Below are positions 29,622 through 39,954 of a DNA stretch of 64,000 bases, in pieces; the first letter of the stretch is position 1, and every line of letters begins with the position of its first letter. Under the pieces are notes generated by a model, which was given only the letters and a program-made list of their open reading frames with translations, did not search any database and was not told the origin of the DNA. Made by a program: the position numbers and the translations under genes. Source of the DNA: an uncultured delta proteobacterium (GTDB lineage Bacteria; Myxococcota; B64-G9); contig CAVWHX010000003.1 of NCBI GenBank assembly GCA_963754925.1, positions 192,001-256,000 on the forward strand. The letters run 5' to 3'.

Positions 29622-29824
29622 ACCACCCCTCTCCTTGATAGTTTATATACCATTTAAATAGGGAATACGAGCCCGCTTAGGTAATTTTGGTAACTAGAGA
29701 CATCAAGGAAATGGCGCACTTAAAATAACCGATCGAGTTTAATCGTTGCTGTGACTTAGCAAAGACCTCAAGGCTTGGCAAGAAAAAAAGTATTCAGTGC
29801 GGGTCTCATCGGTAGTCGAAAGCG

Positions 29825-31039
29825 CTACGGCATGGCGTCTGCCTGTTGTCGCACTAAATCGATGAGGTCGTAGAGCGGAATCTGATAGTCAACCAGGTGC
29901 AGCCCAAATCCGATGCTTTCTGCGTAGGTACTCTGGTACGGTGGTAGGCTGCGCTGATCGTTGGGGATAATTATATGAGAAACCACCAGTTGATTGTATG
30001 TGCCGTCCTCCGACTCAGTGCAGGCGCCCTGAAACGTATCGCGGTACAGAAGGAACGTCGTGGTGATATTTTCGGGGCTCGGCGTCGACGAGCCCAAGAG
30101 GGGTTTGAGCGTTTTTGTCGCAAGAAGAGTACCGCTGAAGGTGTCCGAGTTATGTGCAAGTTGTGCCGGATTGTTGCAGGCAGGCTCCAATGCTATTCCC
30201 GTTGGGGGGCTGGGGAACATTCCCCCGGTATCAATCACCGTGCCGAGGACCGCGCCATTATGTAACTTAGGATCCGAGGCTTCATATAAATTGTAGGTCA
30301 CGATACAACCCGTTTTCGCATCTTGGGTGCAGAGGGGTATATTCTGAAAGGTGCCGCCCGTGTTTTGACCCTTGGCAACGGTGACCCCGTCGCCGATAAC
30401 CAGCGCGGAGATCATCTGCGAGCGAATGTCGGCATTGTTGTCAATCATGTCCTGCATCATGAACTCTAACATGCCGCTGCCCTGCGAATGCCCCAACAGC
30501 ACAAACTTCCGTCCCTGGTTCAAATGGTCAAGGTAGTATTGGAATGCAGCCTTGATGTCAGCTTTGTTGATCTCATAGTTCCCTGAGCCGCCGGCAAGCA
30601 GCGCGACTTGGCGGTAGAGCGGCGCATACACCTGGCAGAGTTGTCTGAAGGGCGCGGCTTGACCAAAGAGAGGGTCTTCAATCGGCGTCACATCCGAAAA
30701 GTCAGTCATATTATAGGGAGGGGCAAGCAACAAAACGGTCGGATAAACATAGAAGCAGTCAAACGCGGGATTACCGGCTCGTTTAAGAGTGACGACCTGA
30801 CGGGATCCATCGCTCTGCATATCGGTGGCGTCGAGATCGACGCGGTCGCATTCGTTCGGATCGATGTCGGGGCGACAGATCCAAAGATTGGGATCGCTGT
30901 AATCGAGCGGATCGCTTCCCGTTCCAACATCCGTCAGATTTGTCCGGTCGATCTTGATTTTGTTATTTCCTCCGCATGCACCCACAAGCAGGCATAACGA
31001 GGCTAACAGGCAGGCGACCCGAGTTTGTATCATCGACAT
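29825..31039 (-). CDS. DUF3089 alpha/beta-hydrolase lipoprotein
   Basis: Lipobox VGAC; DCFYVYPT, YAPLYRQ, GHSQG, GLHLVDY. Confidence 0.85.
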   Translation of the reverse strand: MSMIQTRVACLLASLCLLVGACGGNNKIKIDRTNLTDVGTGSDPLDYSDPNLWICRPDIDPNECDRVDLDATDMQSDGSRQVVTLKRAGNPAFDCFYVYPTVLLLAPPYNMTDFSDVTPIEDPLFGQAAPFRQLCQVYAPLYRQVALLAGGSGNYEINKADIKAAFQYYLDHLNQGRKFVLLGHSQGSGMLEFMMQDMIDNNADIRSQMISALVIGDGVTVAKGQNTGGTFQNIPLCTQDAKTGCIVTYNLYEASDPKLHNGAVLGTVIDTGGMFPSPPTGIALEPACNNPAQLAHNSDTFSGTLLATKTLKPLLGSSTPSPENITTTFLLYRDTFQGACTESEDGTYNQLVVSHIIIPNDQRSLPPYQSTYAESIGFGLHLVDYQIPLYDLIDLVRQQADAMP

Positions 31040-31451
31040 CTATTCCTTACTTTTGAAGCAACCGTTAAATCACGGCACCTGAACACTATAACTGTTAACT
31101 CTTTTGCGGTGATCATAATTCCATTTTTCATTCTTATTGTTAATAATGTCAAAGTAAATAACGAAATGGAATCGGAGCGGTCTAAGATCCGCCCAGATTT
31201 TCATAATTCCATACTATCATTGACTATGAAGCGAGTTAGGAGTTAGATAATGCCAGAGTTAGGGGGCGGCATGAAAAAGCATCCAGGAAAAAAGGGGAAT
31301 TTATTAACGCGAATAGTTAATATGTTCTGCGATACCGTGAACTTTTCTCGTATTTACGGATAATTGAATAGTTCGTTGAATTTCAAGTGGCTTTCATAAC
31401 ACGTTTGCTGTTGGTATGGTGCTGCCGTTGACATCCGCTGCGGGAGAACGT

Positions 31452-33809
31452 ATGGCGAAAAAAGCAAAAACCTCGCCGACGAAACTTTCAAAACGCAAGC
31501 GACTGAACCCGACGCCACACGAAATGGAACGGCAACTTTTTGAAACTCAGCGTCTTGCACATATCGGAAGCTGGAGCTGGACTGCCAAGACCAAGAAGAT
31601 TACATGGTCTGCTGAAACGTATTCTATTCATGGCCGCGACCCAGGACTTCCCCCGCCGACCTTCGAAGAACTGCCCTCCTTGATGACGCCGGAAAGTATG
31701 GATCGCCTGATTGAAGCGCATAAAAAAATTCTCGCAAGTGGAACGTCGATCGAATTCGACCTTGAGATACTCCATCCTGATGAACAGTTGCATTGGGTTT
31801 TAAACCACGTAGCGGCTGAAAGGAACAAATCCGGCAATGTGGTTCGTCTGTATGGCACGACGCAGGATATGACCGAACGCAAAAGGATGGAAGAAGCGCT
31901 GAGAAAGAGCGAATACGCGTTTCGAACCCTCTTTGAGGCAAACCCCATCGCTACCGGACTTCTACTGAATCGGAAGATCGTAAAGGTGAACCCGGCGATG
32001 TGTAGGATTTCCGGTTATTCCGCTGAGGAACTGGAGGGACAATCCATACGAATTGCCTACCGTGACGACGAAGAGTTTGCGCGAGTGGGAAAGATTCTTT
32101 CTGAACAAGTTGCACAAAACGGAGTGGGAATCGCGGAGGCCCACCTCAAGCTCAAGAATGGTCAGGATGTCGAGGGCTTAGTTTGCATGAGTCCCCTTGA
32201 TCCGCGGGATCCATCGGCTGGTGTTGTGGCCAGCCTTGTCGATATCACCGAGCGTAAGCGAGCCGAGGAAGCTCTTGAAAAGGCCAACGACCTCCTCAAT
32301 GCCATCATTGACGCCGCACCGACCGCCATCATGGCACTGGATCTTGATGGAAAAGTGCACACGGTATGGAACAAGGCGGCTGAGAAAATGCTCGGCTTTA
32401 GCGCTCAGGAATCGATAGGTCATGTGCTTCCGCACATTACGGAAGTAGAAGAAAGAGAAGAGGCTGAGCAGGTGCGCCACCAGATCCATCAAGGAAAAAC
32501 CTTGAACGGCGTTGACGTGCGGCGCAAGAAACGCGACGGCACACCCATCGATTTAAGCATCTACGGTTCTCCCTTGCACGATGCGCAAGGCAAAATTACC
32601 GGCAATGTCGCGGTGCTGGTGGATATCACCGAGCGCAAGCGCGCCGAGAAGGAAAAAGCCAAGCTTGAGGACCAATTGCGCCAAGCGCAAAAGATGGAGG
32701 CTGTCGGTCGCTTGGCCGGGGGCGTGGCCCATGATTTCAACAATATGCTGGCCGTCATCATAGGGTACACGAATTTGATAAAAACCCAGCTTTCCGCGGA
32801 TGAACCTATGCTGAAGGATATCCTCGAGATCGAACGGGCCGCCACTCGCTCCCGGGACATCACCTCTCAATTGCTGGCCTTTTCCAGAAAGCAAACCATT
32901 AAGCCCAAGGTTCTGGATCTCAACGATATCGTCATGAGGACGCAACGAACACTGGCGCGCCTCATCGGCGAGGACATCGAACTGAAATTCTGTCCAGGAA
33001 AAGACGTCTGGAGGGTCATGTTCGATCCCTCTCAGATCGAACAAATACTCATCAATCTTGCCGCTAACGCCCGCGATGCAATGCCCGACGGCGGGAAGCT
33101 AACCATTGACACCGCCAATTACTATCTCGACGACTTGTTTTGCAAACAACATATTGGATTCAAACCTGGACACTATGCGATGTTGGGGATGAGCGACAAT
33201 GGCGTCGGCATGGACAAAGAAACCCTTGCGCACGTCTTTGAACCCTTTTTCACCACCAAAGAATTCGGCAAGGGCACCGGGCTGGGGCTCGCCATGGTGT
33301 ACGGAATCATTAAGCAGAACAACGGATTCATTAACATCTATAGCGAACAAACCCAGGGGACTAGCATAAAGATTTATATACCCCGCAGTATGGAAGAGGA
33401 GAAACCGGAACCGATTGACGTTACGCCCGTGAATCTTCAGTCGGGAACGGTTCTCCTGGTGGAAGACGATGATACGGTACGCCGGATGACCAACAAAATG
33501 CTTAAAGCAATCGGCTACACCGTCCTATCAACGGCAAAACCTCAGGAAGCGCTATCGATGTGCGAAACGTCGGAGGTGCACGTCGATCTGGTGCTGACCG
33601 ACGTGGTGATGCCGCTGATGAGTGGAAAAGAGTTAAGGAACAAAATCGAGGCGCTCCGGCCTGGGATCAAAACGATTTTTATGTCCGGCTATTCGGCAAA
33701 TGTCGTCGCCGAACGTGGTATTCTGGAAGAGGGCGTGTATATCCTTCAAAAGCCTTTCACCATAAACGAGCTTGCGAACAAGATCCGCGAAGTGCTGGGA
33801 AAGCGGTAA
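31452..33809 (+). CDS. Hybrid sensor histidine kinase (3 PAS, HisKA, HATPase, REC)
   Basis: DITERKRAE PAC motifs; AHDFNN H-box; NARDAM; FFTTKEFGKGTGLGL; receiver LTDVVMP. Confidence 0.95.
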   Translation: MAKKAKTSPTKLSKRKRLNPTPHEMERQLFETQRLAHIGSWSWTAKTKKITWSAETYSIHGRDPGLPPPTFEELPSLMTPESMDRLIEAHKKILASGTSIEFDLEILHPDEQLHWVLNHVAAERNKSGNVVRLYGTTQDMTERKRMEEALRKSEYAFRTLFEANPIATGLLLNRKIVKVNPAMCRISGYSAEELEGQSIRIAYRDDEEFARVGKILSEQVAQNGVGIAEAHLKLKNGQDVEGLVCMSPLDPRDPSAGVVASLVDITERKRAEEALEKANDLLNAIIDAAPTAIMALDLDGKVHTVWNKAAEKMLGFSAQESIGHVLPHITEVEEREEAEQVRHQIHQGKTLNGVDVRRKKRDGTPIDLSIYGSPLHDAQGKITGNVAVLVDITERKRAEKEKAKLEDQLRQAQKMEAVGRLAGGVAHDFNNMLAVIIGYTNLIKTQLSADEPMLKDILEIERAATRSRDITSQLLAFSRKQTIKPKVLDLNDIVMRTQRTLARLIGEDIELKFCPGKDVWRVMFDPSQIEQILINLAANARDAMPDGGKLTIDTANYYLDDLFCKQHIGFKPGHYAMLGMSDNGVGMDKETLAHVFEPFFTTKEFGKGTGLGLAMVYGIIKQNNGFINIYSEQTQGTSIKIYIPRSMEEEKPEPIDVTPVNLQSGTVLLVEDDDTVRRMTNKMLKAIGYTVLSTAKPQEALSMCETSEVHVDLVLTDVVMPLMSGKELRNKIEALRPGIKTIFMSGYSANVVAERGILEEGVYILQKPFTINELANKIREVLGKR

Positions 33810-33880
33810 CGGTCATTTCGTCAAAGGCTTGACCCTTACGAATAAGGCCTCGCATCTAAAAACTAACAGGAGGAAGAACG

Positions 33881-34461
33881 ATGAAAACATTGTTAACGAC
33901 TCTTTCGGCTGTCGTGATTGCGGCGCTCTGTTGCGCCGTGGTTGGCTGCAGTAAGGAAAAAACCGCTGCAGATATGATGGGCAGCGCGCCGGCATGGGTA
34001 ACGAAAGGCAGCGGCGCTTTTACCGGTGATCGCGGGAAGGCCTTTTACGGCGTTGGTTCCGCTCCCAAGATGATCGATGCGGTCATGCAGCGCGATCGGG
34101 CGTCAGATCGCGCCCGTCGCGGCATCCTGCAGGTTTTAACACCTACATCGCGTACCTGATGAAGGACTATGCCCGCAGCACCACAGCCGGCGACATGAGC
34201 AACGAGAGCTATGAAGCGGACGTTCTCCAGGTCCAGAAAACCATTTCGATAGGCGACCTCAACGGCGCCCAAATCGTCGATAGCTGGAAGGATCCCGCCG
34301 ATGGCACCATGTACTGCTTAGCGACGTTAGATATGAATGCGGTGTCCGACCTGCTTGCCAGCAAGAAAGAGCTAGACGCCACATTGCGCGACTACGTCCG
34401 TGAGAATGCGACAAAGGCTTTTGACGACATCGAGAAGGAAGAAGCCAAGCGCGGTCGGTAA
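33881..34461 (+). CDS. LPP20-like lipoprotein, frameshifted near 34135
   Basis: Lipobox VVGC; APAWV...FYGVGSA; adding one T (gtttt[t]aac) joins the two ORFs via VFNTYIAYLMKDY. Confidence 0.75.
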
Positions 34462-34505
34462 CCTTCAATCAGAGGCGTCAGCTCGGGGGATCGATCCCTG
34501 CGGCC

Positions 34506-36182
34506 CTATTTCCTCTTAACCCGGGCGCGTACAAACAAAAAAGCGATCACGATAAGGCACAGATAGACAGGCCAATCGCCAAGCGTCTGATAGAGGCTCC
34601 CGCCCTTCATCAGGGGGAGTTTCTCAAGCAGCGTCTCCGGATTGTAGATGTCGGTTTGAGACAGAATCCGCCCGACCGGATCAATAAAAGCCGATATGCC
34701 GGTATTGGTCGAACGCACTAACGCCACGCGGTTCTCGACCGTTCGGAAGATCGCTAACGCGAGGTGCAAATACGGTTCAGCGGTCTTGCCGAACCAGGCA
34801 TCATTGGTGATGTTAATCAGAACATTCGGCTTTTTCGCGGCAATTTTGCGACTAAAAGCCGGCAGGATGTCCTCATAACAAATCATCACGCCAATTTTGA
34901 AATCGCCAAACGGCAACACATCGACCGACTCACCCGGGGTCAAATCGCTCGACTCCGGCAACCAATCATAGAATTGGGGGAAGAAACCGCCGAGCGGGAT
35001 ATGCTCCCCGAACATCAACAAGTACACTTTGTCATACGCGCCAAGAACGGTGCCGTCCTTGTCCAACAGTATAGCGGTGTTGAATACATCGACTCCTGGA
35101 TGGCGCCGCGATCGGTTGTTGGCGTTTTGCCGCCAGGTCTCGGTGCCAAAGAGTAGCGGTGTATTAAAACCGCGTTGGGGAGCGACGCTGCAGATTTCCG
35201 ATGTGTTTAGTTCGCGATCTAAAGCAGCGTGCTCGGGCGGCGGACTTTGGCAGGAAGGGATAAACGCGGCGTCGCGCGGCAATACTCGAAAGCGCTCGAG
35301 GTCGGCATGACCCGAACGCCGAACATACTGCACCGGCGCCCAGTAAGACGTCTCAGGCCACACGATGAGCTGCGCACCCTGTTTCTCAAGCTCAATAGAC
35401 ATGCGTTGGTGCAGAACCAAGTTGTCCTCTATCTTCAGCGGATCTTCCTTCTCCCAAATACCGACGTCGGCCTCAACCAGCCCAATCGTCAAATGGGGCG
35501 CTTCCCGCATCTGCGCATCCAGCATAGCCATGCGCAGCAAACCATAACCGCCCAACATAACCGGAACGCACGCGGCGACCAGAAGCGGCAGCCATGGGCG
35601 CGGGAGGCCGTTGCGGAAGCGCACCCAGCTATCCATCAATAACCCGTTGACCATCACCAACAAGAAACTCAGAAGCGCTACCCCGCCCAGCTCGCAAATC
35701 TGAATGAAGGGGATCACACGGTACTGGGAGTTGCCGTAGTACCAGGGAAAGATAAAATAAATGAGTGCTTCAGCGGCAACATACGTGAGCGGCGCCAACA
35801 ATCCGTATCCCCAGGTGCAGCGTCGTTGAAGTCGAAATAGCAGGTACAACCATAGCCCAAAAACCAGGCCCTGGTAGGCAGCTAAGAGTACGGTGATCGC
35901 CAGTGATAGCCAGGTGGACATATGACCGAAGTCCATCAGCATCCCGCAGATCCAGTAAAAGCTTCCGATATTGTCAACGGTGCCTGCAAACCAACCGATT
36001 AAAAAATGCTGTTTGCCGGTCGTGCCTCGCGCCGACCACAGGATAGGAACCAGCGCCACCCAGGCAAGCGGCCAGAGTCCGGCGCGCGGAAAAGCCAGAA
36101 AGACACCGACACCGCCCAGGGCAGCGATACCAAGCCGAATAACGAGTTGCCGAACGCTCACCGTGGTCGGCTCTGTGATCAT
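34506..36182 (-). CDS. lnt: Apolipoprotein N-acyltransferase
   Basis: WPET, YDKVYLLMFGE, ICYED, NITNDAWFG, RSTNTGIS. Confidence 0.93.
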   Translation of the reverse strand: MITEPTTVSVRQLVIRLGIAALGGVGVFLAFPRAGLWPLAWVALVPILWSARGTTGKQHFLIGWFAGTVDNIGSFYWICGMLMDFGHMSTWLSLAITVLLAAYQGLVFGLWLYLLFRLQRRCTWGYGLLAPLTYVAAEALIYFIFPWYYGNSQYRVIPFIQICELGGVALLSFLLVMVNGLLMDSWVRFRNGLPRPWLPLLVAACVPVMLGGYGLLRMAMLDAQMREAPHLTIGLVEADVGIWEKEDPLKIEDNLVLHQRMSIELEKQGAQLIVWPETSYWAPVQYVRRSGHADLERFRVLPRDAAFIPSCQSPPPEHAALDRELNTSEICSVAPQRGFNTPLLFGTETWRQNANNRSRRHPGVDVFNTAILLDKDGTVLGAYDKVYLLMFGEHIPLGGFFPQFYDWLPESSDLTPGESVDVLPFGDFKIGVMICYEDILPAFSRKIAAKKPNVLINITNDAWFGKTAEPYLHLALAIFRTVENRVALVRSTNTGISAFIDPVGRILSQTDIYNPETLLEKLPLMKGGSLYQTLGDWPVYLCLIVIAFLFVRARVKRK

Positions 36183-36226
36183 GGGTTCTCTACTTCTTCG
36201 TGGATGGGCTGGTATCGCACAAACCA

Positions 36227-36772
36227 TCACTTCCGTAACGCGCAACCAAAGGTATAACCGCGGTCGAAAGCGTCAAGATTAAGCTTTTCGGTCCCCGGGG
36301 GGACCATGTCAACGACCGATTTTCTTATTGCCGCTAACGTCACCACGTCCGCAAGGGCCGCAAAGAATCCGACCATGACAATATTGAGCACCATTTTATG
36401 CCCAAGCTCCTCGGCCAAGCGCACCGCCGGTATACCAAAAGCCTGCACACCTGCCGGCAGCGCGATGGGCTTGACTAAACTCTCCTCGAAGAGCAGAAGC
36501 GCTCCCGATCGCAGCTCGCTCGCATACTTGTCGTAGGCTGGTTGCGACATAATCATCAACACGTCGGGATTGGTTACGCACGGGTATAAATTTCTGGTTG
36601 TGCTTATCACCACCTGGGCACTGCATGACCCGCCGCGCGCTTCGGGGCCAAACGATTGAGTCAGGGTCGCTTCCTTGCCGTTATAGATCGCTCCGGCGCG
36701 TCCGATTATCTGGCCAGCCAGGATCACCCCTTGGCCGCCGAAGCCGCCGATTTTGATCTCTACCCGGCTCAT
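36227..36772 (-). CDS. korC: 2-oxoacid:ferredoxin oxidoreductase gamma subunit
   Basis: GFGGQGVIL, SFGPEARGG. Confidence 0.9.
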   Translation of the reverse strand: MSRVEIKIGGFGGQGVILAGQIIGRAGAIYNGKEATLTQSFGPEARGGSCSAQVVISTTRNLYPCVTNPDVLMIMSQPAYDKYASELRSGALLLFEESLVKPIALPAGVQAFGIPAVRLAEELGHKMVLNIVMVGFFAALADVVTLAAIRKSVVDMVPPGTEKLNLDAFDRGYTFGCALRK

Positions 36773-37629
36773 CTATCTGATACCGTCGGATTGGCGCCAA
36801 CGACTTCCCTGCTTGCAGCTCGCAACTCCTTGGTCATAGCTTGCAGCAGCGTGGGCCGTTCGCGATTGACAAAGGTGCCTACCGCAATCGGCCCGCCGAA
36901 CTCGATGTCGAGTGTACGCGTGTCGGCGCCATCGCGCAGCCGAGAATTTTGTTTGTAAAAGCGCATCGTAGCCAAGGCATCCCCCAACCGGTTGTGGCGG
37001 CCATAGATGGTTGGGCAGGGAGCGATGATCTCGACAAAACAAAAACCAGGTTTTATCAGTGCTTCCACCATTGCCCGGGTGAGCTGTTTTACGTGGTAGG
37101 TGGTCCAGCGCGCGACATACACGGCGCCTACGGCATCAACCAGGCTGGGCAGGTTGAATGGTTTCTCAAAAACCCCAAACGGGGTGGTCGTCGAAAGGCT
37201 GTGGAGCGGCGAGGTTGGCGCCACTTGCCCGCCGGTCATGCCATAGGTAAAGTTATTGACGCAAAATACCTTGATATCCACGTTGCGCCGCGCGGCGTGG
37301 ATCAAATGATTGCCCCCAATCGCAACCAGATCACCATCGCCACTAAAAACGACCACCTGCTTTTCCGGTCGGGCAAGCTTCAGCCCCGTGGCGAATGGGA
37401 TCGGCCGTCCGTGGGTCGTATGAAATGAATCCATGCGCAGATAGCCGGCGATGCGACCGGTGCACCCAATTCCTGAGACCACTGCAAGATTGTCAATGTC
37501 GGCGTTCAGTTGGAGCAACGCACGCGCGAAACAACTCACCACGATGCCGGCCCCGCACCCCGAACACCAAATGTGGGGTATGCGATCCATACACAGGTAC
37601 TGTTCGACGGGGTTATGCGGTTGCATCAT
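36769..37629 (-). CDS. korB: 2-oxoacid:ferredoxin oxidoreductase beta subunit (TPP)
   Basis: WCSGCG, SGIGC, GDGD...NN TPP motif. Confidence 0.92.
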   Translation of the reverse strand: MMQPHNPVEQYLCMDRIPHIWCSGCGAGIVVSCFARALLQLNADIDNLAVVSGIGCTGRIAGYLRMDSFHTTHGRPIPFATGLKLARPEKQVVVFSGDGDLVAIGGNHLIHAARRNVDIKVFCVNNFTYGMTGGQVAPTSPLHSLSTTTPFGVFEKPFNLPSLVDAVGAVYVARWTTYHVKQLTRAMVEALIKPGFCFVEIIAPCPTIYGRHNRLGDALATMRFYKQNSRLRDGADTRTLDIEFGGPIAVGTFVNRERPTLLQAMTKELRAASREVVGANPTVSDR

Positions 37630-38792
37630 CGATGGAGCCCCTCGATCACCGCGAGCACCTGCAGCGGATCATGAAGGGCGCCGCCGCCGTGCGGCACGAG
37701 CACCACCGGGGCGCGCCCGCCGACGATACGCTCGACCTCGTTGACCACTTGACCGTAATTCATCTCTACCACCACCACCGCCTCGACCTGCTCGGCGAGT
37801 TGCCGCAGGCGACGTTCACCAAACGGCCAGACCACCACCGGACGGAACAGGCCTACCTTGATGCCCTTCTCCCGCGCCAATTCTATTGTTCGCAGAACCA
37901 CCCGCGACGTTATGCCATAGGCAACCACCAAGATCTGCGCGTCCTGGCATTGGTGTTCTTCGGTCATGAATATCTCGTCAGTATGGGTACGGATCTTCTC
38001 GACTAGGCGACGGACGAGCCGCTCTTGCGCTTCGGCGGTCATGACCGGATAGCCGCGCTCGTCATGGGTGAGACCGGTGACGTGAAAGCGGTATCCTTCT
38101 CCGAGCGGAGGCATGGGCGGGACGAGGTCGGCCTCGGGCCGATAGATCGGGTAGTCCGCCTTGGCGCCCACAACGTGCTGGGGGGTTCGGCGTTCGACCA
38201 GCTCGATTTGGTCGGCCGGCGGGATGACCACCCGCTCGGTCATATGCCCTACACTTTCGTCCATCATGACGAACACCGGAACCCGATACCGCTCGGAAAG
38301 GTTGAACGCATGGATGGTGAGATCGAAGCATTCCTGCGGCGAGTTGGGCGCGATAGCGATAATTTCGTAGTCGCCGTGTGAGCCCCAACGCACCTGCATC
38401 ATGTCGCCCTGGCCCGGAAGGGTCGGCAGGCCGGTTGATGGACCTGCTCGCTGAACATCCACCAACACGCAGGGAGTTTCGGTCATGGCCGCCAAGCCCA
38501 CGTGCTCCATCATTAACGATATGCCCGGGCCAGACGAAACGGTCATGGCCTTGAGGCCCCCCCACGCGGCACCCTGAATCGCAATCGACGAAGCGATCTC
38601 GTCCTCCATTTGCAGAAAAATGCCACCCAACTGGGGAAAGCGCTGAGACATGCGCTCGACCACCTCGGTCGAGGGCGTAATCGGGTAACTAAACACAGCC
38701 CGGCAACCGGCTGCAATGGCACCCTCGCAGCAGGCATGATCGCCATCGAAAAAATGGACGCCGGTCAGCACCCCTCGCGCATCAGCCTTCAT
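37626..38792 (-). CDS. korA: 2-oxoacid:ferredoxin oxidoreductase alpha subunit
   Basis: YPITPSTE, QMEDE, RAGPSTGLPT. Confidence 0.92.
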   Translation of the reverse strand: MKADARGVLTGVHFFDGDHACCEGAIAAGCRAVFSYPITPSTEVVERMSQRFPQLGGIFLQMEDEIASSIAIQGAAWGGLKAMTVSSGPGISLMMEHVGLAAMTETPCVLVDVQRAGPSTGLPTLPGQGDMMQVRWGSHGDYEIIAIAPNSPQECFDLTIHAFNLSERYRVPVFVMMDESVGHMTERVVIPPADQIELVERRTPQHVVGAKADYPIYRPEADLVPPMPPLGEGYRFHVTGLTHDERGYPVMTAEAQERLVRRLVEKIRTHTDEIFMTEEHQCQDAQILVVAYGITSRVVLRTIELAREKGIKVGLFRPVVVWPFGERRLRQLAEQVEAVVVVEMNYGQVVNEVERIVGGRAPVVLVPHGGGALHDPLQVLAVIEGLHR

Positions 38793-39063
38793 CGGCTTCT
38801 TCCTCCGCACCAGAGAGCCGCACGCCAAAAATTGCAAAATCAGGACAGTACCATCCGCACAGATCGCACCCCGTACAGGCCTGGGGATTAATAGCGCGCA
38901 CCGGGTGGTACCCGAGGCGGTTGAGGACCGTATCGAGGGCCAGGACCTTCAGCGGGCAAAACTCAACGCACAACCGACACCCCTTGCAACGATCGCGGTC
39001 GGTGAACACCTCCCCGCGAACTGTTTTCGGCCGAACTGACTCCACCGCTAGTGCTTTCTTCAT
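38782..39063 (-). CDS. korD: 2[4Fe-4S] ferredoxin (delta subunit)
   Basis: CKGCRLCVEFCP and CTGCDLCGWYCP. Confidence 0.9.
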   Translation of the reverse strand: MKKALAVESVRPKTVRGEVFTDRDRCKGCRLCVEFCPLKVLALDTVLNRLGYHPVRAINPQACTGCDLCGWYCPDFAIFGVRLSGAEEEADEG

Positions 39064-39075
39064 ACCTTCTCCCGG

Positions 39076-39954
39076 TCAATGCCCTTGGCCTGCCAAGGCT
39101 GCCTGCATCTGGGCGCCGATATCAGTAGGTCTCTCGGCAACCCGCACGCCCATTTCATTCAGGACGCGGATCTTGTCATCAGCGCTCCCTTCACACGCGG
39201 ATACGATCGCCCCGGCATGTCCCATGCAACGCCCGGGTGGCGCCGTCCGGCCGGCGATATAGGCAACCACCGGCTTGTGTCCGTGCGCTTTGACCCAGCG
39301 GGCGGCGGCCTCCTCGGCCTGACCACCGATCTCACCGATCAGCACCACCCCATCGGTATCAGCGTCAGCCTCGAATAAGGCAAGAGCTTCGATATAATCC
39401 AGCCCCTTGATCGGATCCCCTCCGAGCCCTATGCAGGTGGACTGGCCGATGCCGAGCCGTGATAATTGGTCGACCGCCTCGTAGGTCAAGGTGCCGCTGC
39501 GCGACAACACCCCCACCCGGCCGGGACGATGAATGGCTGTGGGCATAATCCCAACTTTACAGGCGCCCGGCGTGATGATGCCGGGGCAGTTCGGCCCGAT
39601 GAGCACGGTCTTCGAACCGGCTAGGGCATGTTTGACCTTGAGCATGTCCAGGATCGGAATGCCTTCGGTGATACACACCACCAACCGCACGTCGGCATCG
39701 GCAGCTTCGAGAATGGCATCGGCTGCATCTGGCGCCGCCACAAAAATACAGCTCGCATCGGCGCCGGTAGCTCTGACCGCTTGGGTTACGGTATCAAACA
39801 AGGGCAGGTTTTTCCAGGTGGTATGGCCTTTGCCGGGATTGACAGCGCCGACCAACCGCGTTCCGTATTCCCTCATGGCTGCGGCGTGAAATTTGCCGGC
39901 GCTGCCCAAACCCTGAATGATCACCCGGGTCTGTTGGTTGACCAGAATGCTCAC
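39076..39954 (-). CDS. sucD: Succinyl-CoA synthetase alpha subunit
   Basis: GPNCPG, SRSGTLTYE, MGHAGA phospho-His; GTG start overlaps the sucC stop. Confidence 0.95.
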   Translation of the reverse strand: MSILVNQQTRVIIQGLGSAGKFHAAAMREYGTRLVGAVNPGKGHTTWKNLPLFDTVTQAVRATGADASCIFVAAPDAADAILEAADADVRLVVCITEGIPILDMLKVKHALAGSKTVLIGPNCPGIITPGACKVGIMPTAIHRPGRVGVLSRSGTLTYEAVDQLSRLGIGQSTCIGLGGDPIKGLDYIEALALFEADADTDGVVLIGEIGGQAEEAAARWVKAHGHKPVVAYIAGRTAPPGRCMGHAGAIVSACEGSADDKIRVLNEMGVRVAERPTDIGAQMQAALAGQGH